A stretch of 64,000 nt of DNA from Patescibacteria group bacterium (GCA_023379125.1 JAMCSY010000004.1:122588-186587); one strand, 5' to 3'. Positions 46,791 through 57,219 are shown, numbered from the stretch's first letter. The notes: generated by a model not told the origin, from the sequence alone. Numbers and translations are program-made.

Positions 46791-47609
46791 TCAACTATTG
46801 CCTAAGCTAAATAACCTTTGCGCATTTTGATAGGTGATTTGGGCAATCTCTTGAATAGACTGATTTTTGATTTGTGAGATTGTTTTAACAACCTCAACAA
46901 CATTAGCTGGTTCATTTCTTTGGCCTCTTTTACCCTGGGGTGGCAAGAAAGGACAATCAGTTTCTGCTAATATTTTATCTGCTGGCATATATTTGATTAC
47001 TTCTAATAATCGCTCATTTTTAGGATAAGTAACAATACAAGAAAAACCTAAATCAAAGCCTAAGTTGAGTGCCTTTCTCGCTATTTCTAAATCAGCAGTA
47101 AAGCTATGGAAGACACCTGTTACACCTTGATAATTAAAGTCAAAAATATCTTGCCAGGCATCACGGCAATGGATAACTAGGGGTAGTTTTAACTTTTTAG
47201 CAAAGTCTATTTGAGCCTGGAAAAGCTCTTTTTGCAGTTTGGTGATTTGGGTTTCAGATAGGGCAAGGGGAGTAAAACCCGGGTTTTGCTGGAAGAAATA
47301 ATCCAAACCACACTCACCGATACCAATAATTTTCCCTGTATTATTTTGATATAGTTGCGCTAGCTTCCCTATGCTTTGATGTATGGATACACTTGAGGAG
47401 AAATTGTTAGCTTCATGAGGATGTAAACCAATAGTGGCAAAAAACGTAATATGATCGGATTGTAGCTCAACTGCTTTTTGACTAGTTTTTAAGTCTGAGC
47501 CGATATTTATCACAGCAGTTAAGCCATTATTACAAGCATTGTTAATAACCTGAGGTAGATCTTCCCGGAATTGTGCAAAATGAAGATGCGCGTGAGTATC
47601 AATTATCAT
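46791..47609 (-). CDS. tatD: TatD-family metal-dependent DNase/hydrolase.
   Basis: The N-terminus MIIDTHAHLHF and conserved His/Glu/Asp metal ligands. Confidence 0.85.
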   Translation of the reverse strand: MIIDTHAHLHFAQFREDLPQVINNACNNGLTAVINIGSDLKTSQKAVELQSDHITFFATIGLHPHEANNFSSSVSIHQSIGKLAQLYQNNTGKIIGIGECGLDYFFQQNPGFTPLALSETQITKLQKELFQAQIDFAKKLKLPLVIHCRDAWQDIFDFNYQGVTGVFHSFTADLEIARKALNLGFDLGFSCIVTYPKNERLLEVIKYMPADKILAETDCPFLPPQGKRGQRNEPANVVEVVKTISQIKNQSIQEIAQITYQNAQRLFSLGNS

Positions 47610-48161
47610 TTAAATTAATTTCACAATCTCTCCATTTTGAATGACTGGTGTTTGCAGGGCTTGTTCCCAAGTTTGTTGATTAACAACTGCCTGGAGCATT
47701 TTGCCAATATCATTATGAGCAACTAACAATACATTATTCTGGGCATACTGAGTTTGTGCGAGTTGAATTACGTTTTTGGCTCGTTGATAGACAGAAAGAA
47801 AACTCTCTACTCCAGGTCCATCAAGCATATAAATGTTTTCCGAAGTGATTATTACATTATTAGTAAATTGTGCAATATCACTTTCTGGATGCCCGGCCAA
47901 CCCCCCAAAATCTCTTTCGATTAAATCATTGTTGATCAATAACTGATTAGCTTTAAGTTGTTGGTTAATAATTTGGGCTGTCTGAACAGTCCGTTTGAGC
48001 GGTGAAGTCAAGATAACACTGATTTGCTTATCTTGGAGTTGCTTGGTAGCTTGCTTGATTTGCTCAACCCCAAGTTTGGTCAAATCGTTATCCCTTCTAC
48101 CATTAAGTAGTCCTAGGGCATTATCAGTATCTTGTCCGTGTCTAATTAAATAGATATGCAT
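47610..48161 (-). CDS. Histidine phosphatase family protein (phosphoglycerate-mutase-like).
   Basis: LIRHGQ catalytic RHG motif at the N-terminus. Confidence 0.75.
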   Translation of the reverse strand: MHIYLIRHGQDTDNALGLLNGRRDNDLTKLGVEQIKQATKQLQDKQISVILTSPLKRTVQTAQIINQQLKANQLLINNDLIERDFGGLAGHPESDIAQFTNNVIITSENIYMLDGPGVESFLSVYQRAKNVIQLAQTQYAQNNVLLVAHNDIGKMLQAVVNQQTWEQALQTPVIQNGEIVKLI

Positions 48162-48164
48162 AAA

Positions 48165-49586
48165 CTAAATTCTGGGAAAAAGGGCTTGACCAGATTTAAC
48201 AGAACCATGAAACTGGTCTAAAATTTTCTGAGCAGTTTGAGGTAAAAAAGGCTGCAAGTTATAAGCAATAGCTAGGATTTCTGAAATCAGCTCGGTAAGA
48301 ATGTGAGCAAGTTGCTGCTCATCTTCTACTTGCCAGGGCTTTTCTTCATTAATTCTTTTATCAACTGCAGAAATTTTCCCCCAAACAAAAGCTAAAGCCT
48401 CGTTAAATTTAAATTGTTCTAAATCTTGAGTTGCTTCTGGATAAAAAGATAACTGGTGTAAGCTAGTCTCAAAATGAATTTTCTCACCAAGCTTTGCGAC
48501 TCTGGCTACTAGATTACCCAAACCATTAGCCAAATCAGCGTTATAAACCTCCACAAACTTCTCTTCAGCAAAATCACCATCAGCAAAAGGTGAAACTTTA
48601 GCTAATAAGTAATAACGGAGAGCATCAGCTCCAAATTTATCAATTAGCGGTAATGGATCGAGAACATTACCCGTACTTTTAGACATTTTTTGTCCCTCAA
48701 CCGTGATATAGTCATGAACAAATAATTTTTTTGGTAGTTTTAGACCGGCTGATAATAAAAAAGCTGGCCAGTAGACAGCATGAAAGCGAATAATGCCTTT
48801 GCCGATTACATGAATATCAGCAGGCCACCATTGTTGGTATTTTTGTTCATCCCACCCAAAACCCACACCAGATTGATAGATGTTTAAAGCATCAAACCAC
48901 ACATAAATGCGTTGAGTAGGATCATCAGGAACAGGCACTCCCCAGTTTTTAGCTCTTTCATTTGTGCGTGAAATGCTCAAATCAGTTAGCCCTGATTTCA
49001 GGAATTGAATCATCTCATTTTTGCGTGATTGGGGCACAATTTGATATTGATCAGATTCTATTAACTCGATAATTTGCTTTTGGTATTTTGATAATTTGAA
49101 AAAATAATTAGTTTCTTCAATTTCCTCTAATTTTTTTCCAGGATGTTCAAAACACTCGCCATTTTCATCTAGCTCGTCAGGAGTGTAAAAGGCCTCACAC
49201 CCCACGCAATAAAGACCTCTATATGATTTTTTATAGATATCACCATTGTCTTGGCAAAGCTGCCAAAGTTTTTGACTAGCTGGGAAATGATGTTTTTGGT
49301 CACTCCCCTTTTGAAAAACATCAAACGATACATTTAGTTTTTTGGCTAAATCTTGAAAATTTTGTGTGTTTTTATCGACAAATGCCTGGACCTCTTCGCC
49401 AGCAGCCTGAGCAGCCTGTACATTTTTCAGGGCATTTTCGTCCCCTCCGGAAAGTAGTAACACATCTTCCCCTAGCATTTTATGATATCTGGCTAGCACA
49501 TCCCCTTGAATAAACTCTAAGGCATGACCGATATGTGGTTTAGCATTTACATAAGGGATAGCAGTTGTGATGTAGTATTTTTTCAT
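48165..49586 (-). CDS. metG: Methionyl-tRNA synthetase (minimal form).
   Basis: HIGH motif PYVNAKPHIGHA and KMSKS motif KMSKSTGN. CxxC zinc knuckle. Confidence 0.88.
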   Translation of the reverse strand: MKKYYITTAIPYVNAKPHIGHALEFIQGDVLARYHKMLGEDVLLLSGGDENALKNVQAAQAAGEEVQAFVDKNTQNFQDLAKKLNVSFDVFQKGSDQKHHFPASQKLWQLCQDNGDIYKKSYRGLYCVGCEAFYTPDELDENGECFEHPGKKLEEIEETNYFFKLSKYQKQIIELIESDQYQIVPQSRKNEMIQFLKSGLTDLSISRTNERAKNWGVPVPDDPTQRIYVWFDALNIYQSGVGFGWDEQKYQQWWPADIHVIGKGIIRFHAVYWPAFLLSAGLKLPKKLFVHDYITVEGQKMSKSTGNVLDPLPLIDKFGADALRYYLLAKVSPFADGDFAEEKFVEVYNADLANGLGNLVARVAKLGEKIHFETSLHQLSFYPEATQDLEQFKFNEALAFVWGKISAVDKRINEEKPWQVEDEQQLAHILTELISEILAIAYNLQPFLPQTAQKILDQFHGSVKSGQALFPRI

Positions 49587-49679
49587 TACCGTATAAGAGT
49601 TTCAGCTCATTGTAAGACAAGAGCTTCAGCATATCTTCGCTTGCTGATGGACAGATTTTAGTCTGTTCCTAAAAAGCTG

Positions 49680-50048
49680 TCAATTAAACTTGTGAGCAAG
49701 TTTATGAATTGGCTTTACTTTTCTTTTGGGAACTAGATGCTTGGAATGATTAATGATCCTTAGAGCAAATAGCAAACACAGAATAGTTAAGATAGCCAGC
49801 AGTGGATTAAATAAATTTAAGCCAAGTAGTACTAAGTTGATAATTACAGCAAAACTGATTAATACTCCAGTTACAAAAGAAGCTAGTAATAAGTTAATCA
49901 ACAGGGTGATTGTGCCTGCAATTAAAATTAAAAAGAAGGTAATTTTGCTCCAGGAATTAAGTGAAAAACTATCAGGTGGTTGGATAAAAAATATTACCAA
50001 AATCAGCAAAATACCACAAATAATGGTGGGCAGGATCCTTTTAACCAT
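49680..50048 (-). CDS. Small membrane protein (3-4 TM).
   Basis: Highly hydrophobic 122-aa ORF. I chose it over the overlapping + strand ORF because of its TM periodicity. Confidence 0.4.
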   Translation of the reverse strand: MVKRILPTIICGILLILVIFFIQPPDSFSLNSWSKITFFLILIAGTITLLINLLLASFVTGVLISFAVIINLVLLGLNLFNPLLAILTILCLLFALRIINHSKHLVPKRKVKPIHKLAHKFN

Positions 50049-50161
50049 CTTGATAGATATTTTAAACTGCCCAAGGGTAAAATACCATCTTCTCTAAACC
50101 CCTTTACATTCCATAAGAATCTCGATTAAATAATATATAGGAATCAATTCTTGTCAGAAAG

Positions 50162-50413
50162 GTGGTGAATCAAATGAAATCTAAAAAGCGCCGTGTGGCT
50201 CGTTCGTCACGCAAACAATCCAGCTTTCTGTCCTTAGATTTCTTAAAACACCATAAAACTCCTTTCCATGGGGCAACGTTAGGTTTGGGACTAATTGTCC
50301 TTGGATCGTTGGTGGCCATTGGCATTGTCACCATCATTGGGATTATTGTATTTGTGCCTTCCATGGGAGCAATGATTATTAAATTTGTCAGGACAAGATT
50401 AGTCAAAATTTAA
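50162..50413 (+). CDS. Small single-TM protein with a basic N-terminus.
   Basis: 83-aa ORF with one clear TM helix. Confidence 0.35.
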   Translation: MVNQMKSKKRRVARSSRKQSSFLSLDFLKHHKTPFHGATLGLGLIVLGSLVAIGIVTIIGIIVFVPSMGAMIIKFVRTRLVKI

Positions 50414-50486
50414 TACCTCTTGTACGGTAAGTTTTCTATTATTAAAGTAAGTGAATACTTTCCATTTGTGGAATTTTCTAACTTAG

Positions 50487-51095
50487 TTGCAAAGATCACT
50501 ATTAGGCGCTAGACTACTGGCCAAGATGGGTTTGTCTAAGCTAGAAAGATTTGTGTCAATTAATATCACCACAGAACAAATGAATTGCTTATCTGTGGCT
50601 ATGGCAGAGTTAGAGCAGATGAGACAGGTGGTTACTGCTGAGAGAACAGCTATTGAAGATAAGCGGATTTTGGCTGAACAGCCGCTAAGCGGATCAGAAA
50701 TTACCTTTGGGCTAATGATGACTGACTTATGTGGGCATCTTGGGCTACTACAAAAATTTTTCCAGGCAATGCAAAGAATAGGTTATGTCGATGTTATAGC
50801 TCATTTGGAAAGATCTGAGTCTGGCGACTATAAATATATTACGGGCTATCATTTCAGATTTTCTGGCTATCAGTCAGATTATGAAAATATTATCGATCGT
50901 CCATGGTGCCTGAGTTTATTTGATAGCCTATTTGCGAGTGAAAATGCCACAGGTGATAGAGTCAAGGCAGACAAAAGCTCCGACTTTCCCTTCCTAATGC
51001 AAAATGGCCGAAAAGTTAGATTTAAATATTTACCTACCTTGATTCGACGTCAACGAGACTTAGTAACCGGTGAGATAATAGATTATCAAATTTAA
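50487..51095 (+). CDS. Hypothetical 202-aa soluble protein.
   Basis: ORF convergent with sbcC, overlapping its stop by 4 nt. No family is recognised. Confidence 0.45.
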   Translation: MQRSLLGARLLAKMGLSKLERFVSINITTEQMNCLSVAMAELEQMRQVVTAERTAIEDKRILAEQPLSGSEITFGLMMTDLCGHLGLLQKFFQAMQRIGYVDVIAHLERSESGDYKYITGYHFRFSGYQSDYENIIDRPWCLSLFDSLFASENATGDRVKADKSSDFPFLMQNGRKVRFKYLPTLIRRQRDLVTGEIIDYQI

Positions 51096-53251
51096 ACTCC
51101 CACCACTTCAAAAGTTGAACCACTTGGGCCTTTGCTAACCTCAATTCTGACTGGGAACTCTTCTTTGAGCTCTTCCAAATGAGTTATCACCAAAATTTTG
51201 GCAAAATCATTTTTAATCACATCGAGGGCTTCCACAATTCTTGATCTACCTTGAGCATCTTGGGTACCAAACCCTTCATCAATCACCAAAAACTGTAATT
51301 TAGAACCAGCCCGATGGGTAAGTAGTTTTGATAAAGCTAATCTGATAGCTAAGTTAACTCGGAATTGCTCACCCCCAGAATAAGCCTCATAAGATCTTTC
51401 ACCCATCTCATCAGAGATAACGATATCTAGAGTTTCCACTAAGCCTTTTTCTCCACCTGCTGTTTTTGTTTTAGTTTCTCGCTGAGTTTCCAGATGGATT
51501 TTCATTCTTCCCTCAGTTAACCGATCCAAAAGACTATTAGCTTCTTCTTCAATTTCTGGAATGGCATTTTCAATAATCATGGCTTGAATACCTTTTTTAC
51601 CAAAAGCTTGAGCTAATTCCTCATAGGCTTCCTTATCTTGTTGCAGTTTAACTTTATCTTCATTTTTTTGTGCCTGCACTTTTTCCATTTGCGCGGTGCG
51701 AGAGATTAATTCTGTAACTTGACCCAAGACTGCCCTGGCGTCTTTTTCTTCGCTACGTAAGCTTTCTAGTTGCTTTTCCTGATTGTGTAATTGTTGATTG
51801 GCTTCAATGAGCTTTGCTGACTGATTGGGCAACTTAACAAGTTCCTGCTGTAGTTTTTCTACCTGATTATTCTTATTCTGGAACAAACTCCTCATCTCCA
51901 GTACCACTTTTTTTTCTGATTCCAAAGTAGCCTGTTTTTCAATTTTGGCCTCTTTTTGTTGTTGAAATTTCTCTAGTTGCTTGAGAGCATCAAGTACTTC
52001 AAGATATTCAGTGGCATTAAAACTCAACTTAGCCAGCTCTTTTTCTAGCTGGGATACTTCTTTTTCCTCGGTGGTTAGATCAATCTCTTTTAACTGTTTG
52101 TTTAGATTGGTTTGGTCGAAAGTTAGTGTTTGCTGAGCATGGGCTTTTTCATTGTGGCCCATTTCTTGTCCACAGGTGGGACACTTGGCGCCTGTTTTTT
52201 GGGAGTTGCTTAATTTTGCTTCAACCTCTGCTAAACGTTGTTGCAATTGCTGTTGACGTTCTTTTTTTGAGGAAATCTGCGAGTTGATTTGCGCCAGCTG
52301 TTTTTCTAGTTCTAATTTTTGTTGCCTAACCTGATCGAGTTTTTCCTTACGGATTTGCAAGTCCTTTAATTGAGCAATTTTTTCATCAACTGTTGCCAAT
52401 TGCGCTAACTCTTCCTCGAGTTTAGCAATATTGACTCGTCTTCTCTTGCCTTGTTCAATAATTTCGGTAAGCTCTTGTTTATTTTGTTGATAATTCTGCT
52501 CAAGTTTTTGTCTTTGTTCTACGATTAAACTTAAGCTTTCCCTTTCTTCACGTAATATTTTCAGTAAAGCTTCACTTTCTCTAATCGCAGCTTCTAATCG
52601 CACTACCTTTTCTTCGGCAATTTTTTTCTTTTCTGTCCGTTCTTCTTTTTGCGACAATTCAGCTTCAATCTCAAGCAATTGATAGCCTAAGAGTTGTAGA
52701 CTAGTTTGAATTTCTTTTACCTTCTCTTTAGCCTTTTCTTCTAATTGATCATAATGACCGAGGCTAAGAATGTCGGCTAAGATCCTTTTTCGCTCAGTTG
52801 GACCCTTGGTAGTAAATTCATCAGCATGACCTTGTCTAATAAAAGCAGAGTTAACAAAAGTTTCAAAACTCAGGTGCAGAAGATCAATAATCTTTTGTTG
52901 AGTAGCTTTAATTGTTCCTTCAGTTAGGTTATGAGTACCAGACCAAAGTTCCAAGGTTGTAGTGCCACCAGATTTGATAATACGCTGGCGTTTGACTGTA
53001 TATAAGTGTTTGTCTAATTCAAAACTAACCTCTACAGACATTTCAGTTTGCCCAAGTCTAATTAGCTGGTCAGCGGAGTCTCCCACACGAGAAGTTCCCC
53101 ATAAACACCAAGTAATTGAATCAAGCAAAGAAGATTTACCGGCACCATTTTGGCCAGAAATTGCTGCCATATTAAAATCTGTCAGATTTAATTCTGGTAC
53201 GCTGGTGCCATAAGAAGTGAAATTACTTAATTTAAGTTTGGTTGGTATCAT
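51092..53251 (-). CDS. sbcC: SbcC/Rad50-like DNA repair ATPase.
   Basis: Walker A GQNGAGKSS, long coiled coils, zinc-hook CPTCGQ and C-terminal signature/Walker B. The start is revised to MIPTKLKLSNFTSYG at 53251, an ATGA overlap with the NUDIX stop. The ORF track starts at 53341. Confidence 0.85.
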   Translation of the reverse strand: MIPTKLKLSNFTSYGTSVPELNLTDFNMAAISGQNGAGKSSLLDSITWCLWGTSRVGDSADQLIRLGQTEMSVEVSFELDKHLYTVKRQRIIKSGGTTTLELWSGTHNLTEGTIKATQQKIIDLLHLSFETFVNSAFIRQGHADEFTTKGPTERKRILADILSLGHYDQLEEKAKEKVKEIQTSLQLLGYQLLEIEAELSQKEERTEKKKIAEEKVVRLEAAIRESEALLKILREERESLSLIVEQRQKLEQNYQQNKQELTEIIEQGKRRRVNIAKLEEELAQLATVDEKIAQLKDLQIRKEKLDQVRQQKLELEKQLAQINSQISSKKERQQQLQQRLAEVEAKLSNSQKTGAKCPTCGQEMGHNEKAHAQQTLTFDQTNLNKQLKEIDLTTEEKEVSQLEKELAKLSFNATEYLEVLDALKQLEKFQQQKEAKIEKQATLESEKKVVLEMRSLFQNKNNQVEKLQQELVKLPNQSAKLIEANQQLHNQEKQLESLRSEEKDARAVLGQVTELISRTAQMEKVQAQKNEDKVKLQQDKEAYEELAQAFGKKGIQAMIIENAIPEIEEEANSLLDRLTEGRMKIHLETQRETKTKTAGGEKGLVETLDIVISDEMGERSYEAYSGGEQFRVNLAIRLALSKLLTHRAGSKLQFLVIDEGFGTQDAQGRSRIVEALDVIKNDFAKILVITHLEELKEEFPVRIEVSKGPSGSTFEVVGV

Positions 53252-53673
53252 AGATTTTGCAAATGGCGAGCTAACTCCTGAGCAATTTTCTTCATTGATA
53301 GCACAGAAGATTTTTCTTTTAACTGCTGAATACTTGTCCAATAAACAGGATTACCTTGGTCTAAAATTTGAGAAGGAATTTCTCCTTGCCACTGCGAAAT
53401 TACAAATAGTTGTAATAAGCGCCCACCTTCACCATATATAACAGTATTTAAATGCTTTGCTTGCTCAACCCTCAGCCCTAACTCTTCTAAAACTTCGCGC
53501 TGCAGAGCTAAAAAAGGTCTAGCTATTTCTGTTGCTTCGATCTTTCCTCCGGGAAAAATCTCTTCCCCAGGCATAAAGCTACTACTTTCAGCTCTTTTTT
53601 CCACTAAAACATTTTCCCTTGTGTGGTCAACAATTAAGGCAATCACTGTTTGATTAGTATCAACTTTTTCCAT
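53248..53673 (-). CDS. NUDIX hydrolase.
   Basis: Nudix box GGKIEATEIARPFLALQREVLEELGL. Confidence 0.75.
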   Translation of the reverse strand: MEKVDTNQTVIALIVDHTRENVLVEKRAESSSFMPGEEIFPGGKIEATEIARPFLALQREVLEELGLRVEQAKHLNTVIYGEGGRLLQLFVISQWQGEIPSQILDQGNPVYWTSIQQLKEKSSVLSMKKIAQELARHLQNL

Positions 53674-53676
53674 TAA

Positions 53677-54834
53677 TTAACTAAGTATTTCCGCAGCAAA
53701 CTTTTCTAGTTTTTTGATTTTTTCTGGAGAGTATTTTTTACTAAGAAAATATTTTTGCAGAGCTTCAACTGGAGTAAGTCTTTCTACACCAGTTTGGTCA
53801 GTCAAGAGCTCTCTTTCTACTCGTTCAACATTGCGTGAGATGCCAGCAATATAAAAAACAGGCGAGAGCGTTTTTTTAATTTGGTCCATCGCTAGCTCTT
53901 TGTTGACAGAGGCGGGAATATCAATACTAAGTCTCACAACTGCATCTTTAATTTGCTCTTCCTTAATTGCTTGCAGTACTGTTTGTGTAGGATTAGGGTC
54001 ATTTTCTTGCAGTTTGACTCTAATTGTTAAAAACTTTCTCACGGGAGTAGGTATAAAAATGAAACTGGCTTGAGCAGGTCTTAAATCAGCCAAGATAAAA
54101 CCTTTCTCTTCTTTTTCCTCACCAAAATCGATGCGATCAGGTGAGCCAGGATAAATAACTAAGGGCTCCTTATTTAAAACTTGGTGTTTGTGGATATGGC
54201 CTAGAGCAACATAGGACAATCTACGGTCAGTTAATAAAGATAAAGGAATAGTGACATCATTAATAATTGCTAGCCCCTTTTCACTACCAAAAGCTGCGCC
54301 TTCAACTTCGAGGTGTCCAACCAAAATTGCTGGAGTGTCAGGATTAATTTGTTGATACATCGCTGGTAGTAAATCACCTAGAGACTTGAAATCATGACGA
54401 TGTAACCAAGGGGCAGTAATCACCTGTAAAATCCCAGCTTTAGTCGGAATTTGTAAGAACTCTGGTCTGCGGGAAACATAAACCTTCTCCATTTCCAAAG
54501 CAGAATAAATATCTAAAGTATTGGCTTTGCCTTCTGCATTAGGGGTATCATGATTGCCAACTACCATCACTACGGGAATACCTGCTTTAACTATTTTTCT
54601 GATCCTCTCACCAAAACCTCTTTGCTGAGTAGGAGAAGGATCTCTGGTTTTATAGGCATCACCAGCAAAAATAAAGGCGTCTACCTGCTCCTTGATAGCT
54701 TGCTCAATAATAAAATCAAAGGTTTGGAAAAAATCTAGGAGCCTACTTTCTAGACCTGTTTCCGGATCAAGTTTAGAATAATTAGTCATCCCAATGTGAA
54801 TATCAGCAGTGTGGACAATCTTCATCTTGGGCAT
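53677..54834 (-). CDS. sbcD: SbcD/Mre11-like nuclease.
   Basis: Calcineurin-like phosphoesterase motifs: HTADIHIG, GDAYK and GNHD. Confidence 0.85.
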   Translation of the reverse strand: MPKMKIVHTADIHIGMTNYSKLDPETGLESRLLDFFQTFDFIIEQAIKEQVDAFIFAGDAYKTRDPSPTQQRGFGERIRKIVKAGIPVVMVVGNHDTPNAEGKANTLDIYSALEMEKVYVSRRPEFLQIPTKAGILQVITAPWLHRHDFKSLGDLLPAMYQQINPDTPAILVGHLEVEGAAFGSEKGLAIINDVTIPLSLLTDRRLSYVALGHIHKHQVLNKEPLVIYPGSPDRIDFGEEKEEKGFILADLRPAQASFIFIPTPVRKFLTIRVKLQENDPNPTQTVLQAIKEEQIKDAVVRLSIDIPASVNKELAMDQIKKTLSPVFYIAGISRNVERVERELLTDQTGVERLTPVEALQKYFLSKKYSPEKIKKLEKFAAEILS

Positions 54835-55130
54835 TATACCGAAATTAAGCTAAGCTTGAAAATATCTTTGGTTGACAAAGTAGGTGATTGACGGAACTAG
54901 TTTGATCTTCTTAATATGAAGATATGTCCAAACAGTGTGGGTTTACTCCACTATATATTTTAATTGGAGTAATCATGCTACTCTCGCTGCTTTTTACAGC
55001 CTTTTCTGTTAAAGTTTATGCTGGATCAGATAAATATAGTTTAATTGAACAAAACAACTCCCCAATTAAATACTCAGCGCCAACTAATCTACAATCCTTG
55101 CTTCTGCAATAACTACTTTTTTATTATAAT

Positions 55131-55571
55131 TTGCAGGTGATGGACAAAATGTTTACTTGTTGCTTTTGTGGGCAAAGGGTTTTGGCTAAAACAAGATTGC
55201 ATCAGCATCAGCGGAATCATTGCCCAAACTGCCTGTGGTCTAAGCATCTGGATCAATCAGTGGGAGATCGTCAAGCAAAATGTGGAGGCTGTATGGAACC
55301 CATTGGTTTAACCTTTAAAAATGAGGGTTTGGATAAATATGGCAAAGCTCGGGCTGGAGAGCTAATGATTATTCATTACTGCAGTAAATGTGGCAAGATT
55401 TCCCTTAACCGAATTGCCTCTGATGATGATGAACAAGAAATATTGGATATCTTGGCAAAATCTGCTTCTTTGGATCAGACAATGATAGATCAACTGGAAC
55501 AATCTCAGATAGCAGTTATTAAAAATTCTCAGCTTGAAGAAGTAAAAACATTGCTTTTTGGTAAAACTTAA
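55131..55571 (+). CDS. RNHCP-domain zinc-binding protein.
   Basis: Eponymous RNHCPNC motif plus further Cys pairs: CCFCG, CGGC and CSKCG. Confidence 0.55.
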   Translation: MQVMDKMFTCCFCGQRVLAKTRLHQHQRNHCPNCLWSKHLDQSVGDRQAKCGGCMEPIGLTFKNEGLDKYGKARAGELMIIHYCSKCGKISLNRIASDDDEQEILDILAKSASLDQTMIDQLEQSQIAVIKNSQLEEVKTLLFGKT

Positions 55572-56332
55572 TTTTTTCTTCTTTTTTGTTGAGCTGTGAT
55601 AACAAAATTACGAAAACCGCGAGGATCGATGATGTCCACAACCGCAGTTTTTTTAAACAGTATTTTAAGGGATTTTTCTAATTGGTAACCATCCTGGCGG
55701 ACACTTTCTAAGTGTGCAGGGCGGTTAAAAATAATCATGCCATCATCTCTTAGCCAAGCACAAACTTGTTCAATAAAATTTGGTTGATTACTTTGCAAGG
55801 AAACATAAGGAGGTTTGCCAGTAAAAACATCAACGATAATTACAGCAAATTTATGGGAAAAGTAGTGTTTGTCCTTAGCTATTTTGTAAACATCTGCCGG
55901 CACAACTGCTAGATTAGGAGTTTGTTGTAAATTAAAAAATTGTTGACAAGCTCGAATAATAGTTGGATCAAATTCCACCACAGTTTGCTGAAGAGAGGAA
56001 TTTTTCTGAGCAATCAAAGCAGAGATAGTATTTGCACCTAAGCCAAGCATTAAAATTTGCTTTTTATTGATGTCTTGACAATGATCAAGAGCAAGTTGAG
56101 CAATCTTATACCAGTAACTTTGGATAATACTTTTATTTTGTATGGATACACCTTGCACATAATTATTAATAGTCAACATTTTCTCATGATTATATTTTTC
56201 CCACACCTCTACTCTACCCAATAGCGATGATTGGTATTTGGCTAAGCGTTTTAATCTAAGCCGCCAATAAGTAACCAGTAGTATTGGAATTAGCAATAAA
56301 CTAACTAATATTTGGTAAAAATCGTGTTGCAT
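55568..56332 (-). CDS. Class I SAM-dependent methyltransferase-fold protein, spermidine-synthase-like.
   Basis: ILMLGLGANT glycine-rich loop and an acidic VVEFD. N-terminal TM segment. Confidence 0.5.
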   Translation of the reverse strand: MQHDFYQILVSLLLIPILLVTYWRLRLKRLAKYQSSLLGRVEVWEKYNHEKMLTINNYVQGVSIQNKSIIQSYWYKIAQLALDHCQDINKKQILMLGLGANTISALIAQKNSSLQQTVVEFDPTIIRACQQFFNLQQTPNLAVVPADVYKIAKDKHYFSHKFAVIIVDVFTGKPPYVSLQSNQPNFIEQVCAWLRDDGMIIFNRPAHLESVRQDGYQLEKSLKILFKKTAVVDIIDPRGFRNFVITAQQKRRKN

Positions 56333-57216
56333 AAGTAAAAGAGCTTAAACCAAAAGTTATAAAATTTAATCCAGGCAATTGGGTATTGTACGAGTTGACC
56401 ATGAAATTTTTTTTTAAACTGAGTAAAACCCTGCCACCTTTGTCGCAAAGTGGGGAACCTTGGATCATATATCCCTTCAAAATCAAAAACTTCCATACCT
56501 TGCTCCTTTGCTAATTTGAGCGCTTCCCAAACTAGTAGATAATTTGCCAATAATTTATAGCCTTGATCAGAAATACCAATATGCATATACACAGCGGTTT
56601 TATTAAAAAAACCCAGCCATAGTGCAGCAATCGGTAAAACTTGTCCCTTTTGAAAAGCAAAAATTAAAGCTGAAGAGTCTTTAAAGGCCAACATTTTTTT
56701 GAAAAATTCATCATAACCGGGGACATAAAACTTACGAACTTTGGTGACATTTTTAAGTAATTTATAAAACTGCTGGAAGGTTTGATCATCAGGAGTATTT
56801 TTGAGAAAGACCGTTTTGATCTGTAAATCGTGAGTCTGTGCCTTCTTAATATTACGACGGGCGTTTTCAGAAAAATCTTGATAGATTTTATCAATCGGTT
56901 TAGTAAGAGCGATTTCTATTGTGGCAGTATGAGAGAGGGACATATTTAGCGTTTTTTTATAACCATGAGCAACTAATTCTTGCTCATTGTAGTTGTTGGT
57001 TTGGGGTTCAATTACTACCATTAAAGCATGATTTTTCTTAGCTAGCTGATCAATTTCTGTCCAAGGCAGGGGGTTAAAAGGACGTTGAATTTTAATCATT
57101 GAGCAATTTATTAATGGTAATTTTTTTAAATACGCTTGGCTTTTTCCTATTTTTATTACCTGCCAACCAATTTGTGATAGAAAATTTCCCCACTGAGGTG
57201 ATTGTCTTAAGTCCAT
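56305..57216 (-). CDS. FemAB-family peptidoglycan interpeptide-bridge aminoacyltransferase, short paralog.
   Basis: C-terminal FemAB core: YMHIGISDQGY...FDFEGIYDP...GFTQFKKKF. Confidence 0.6.
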   Translation of the reverse strand: MDLRQSPQWGNFLSQIGWQVIKIGKSQAYLKKLPLINCSMIKIQRPFNPLPWTEIDQLAKKNHALMVVIEPQTNNYNEQELVAHGYKKTLNMSLSHTATIEIALTKPIDKIYQDFSENARRNIKKAQTHDLQIKTVFLKNTPDDQTFQQFYKLLKNVTKVRKFYVPGYDEFFKKMLAFKDSSALIFAFQKGQVLPIAALWLGFFNKTAVYMHIGISDQGYKLLANYLLVWEALKLAKEQGMEVFDFEGIYDPRFPTLRQRWQGFTQFKKKFHGQLVQYPIAWIKFYNFWFKLFYLCNTIFTKY

Positions 57217-57219
57217 GAT

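Noticed and set aside
49753-50097. + strand 114-aa ORF overlapping the minus-strand membrane ORF at 49680-50048.
   Set aside because: The minus-strand product has clean TM-helix periodicity, so I preferred it. Neither ORF has family support, so the choice is uncertain.
53252-53341. Upstream ATG at 53341 as the sbcC start.
   Set aside because: The 30 residues it adds are not SbcC-like and would overlap the NUDIX gene by 94 nt. The conserved SbcC N-terminus begins at 53251.
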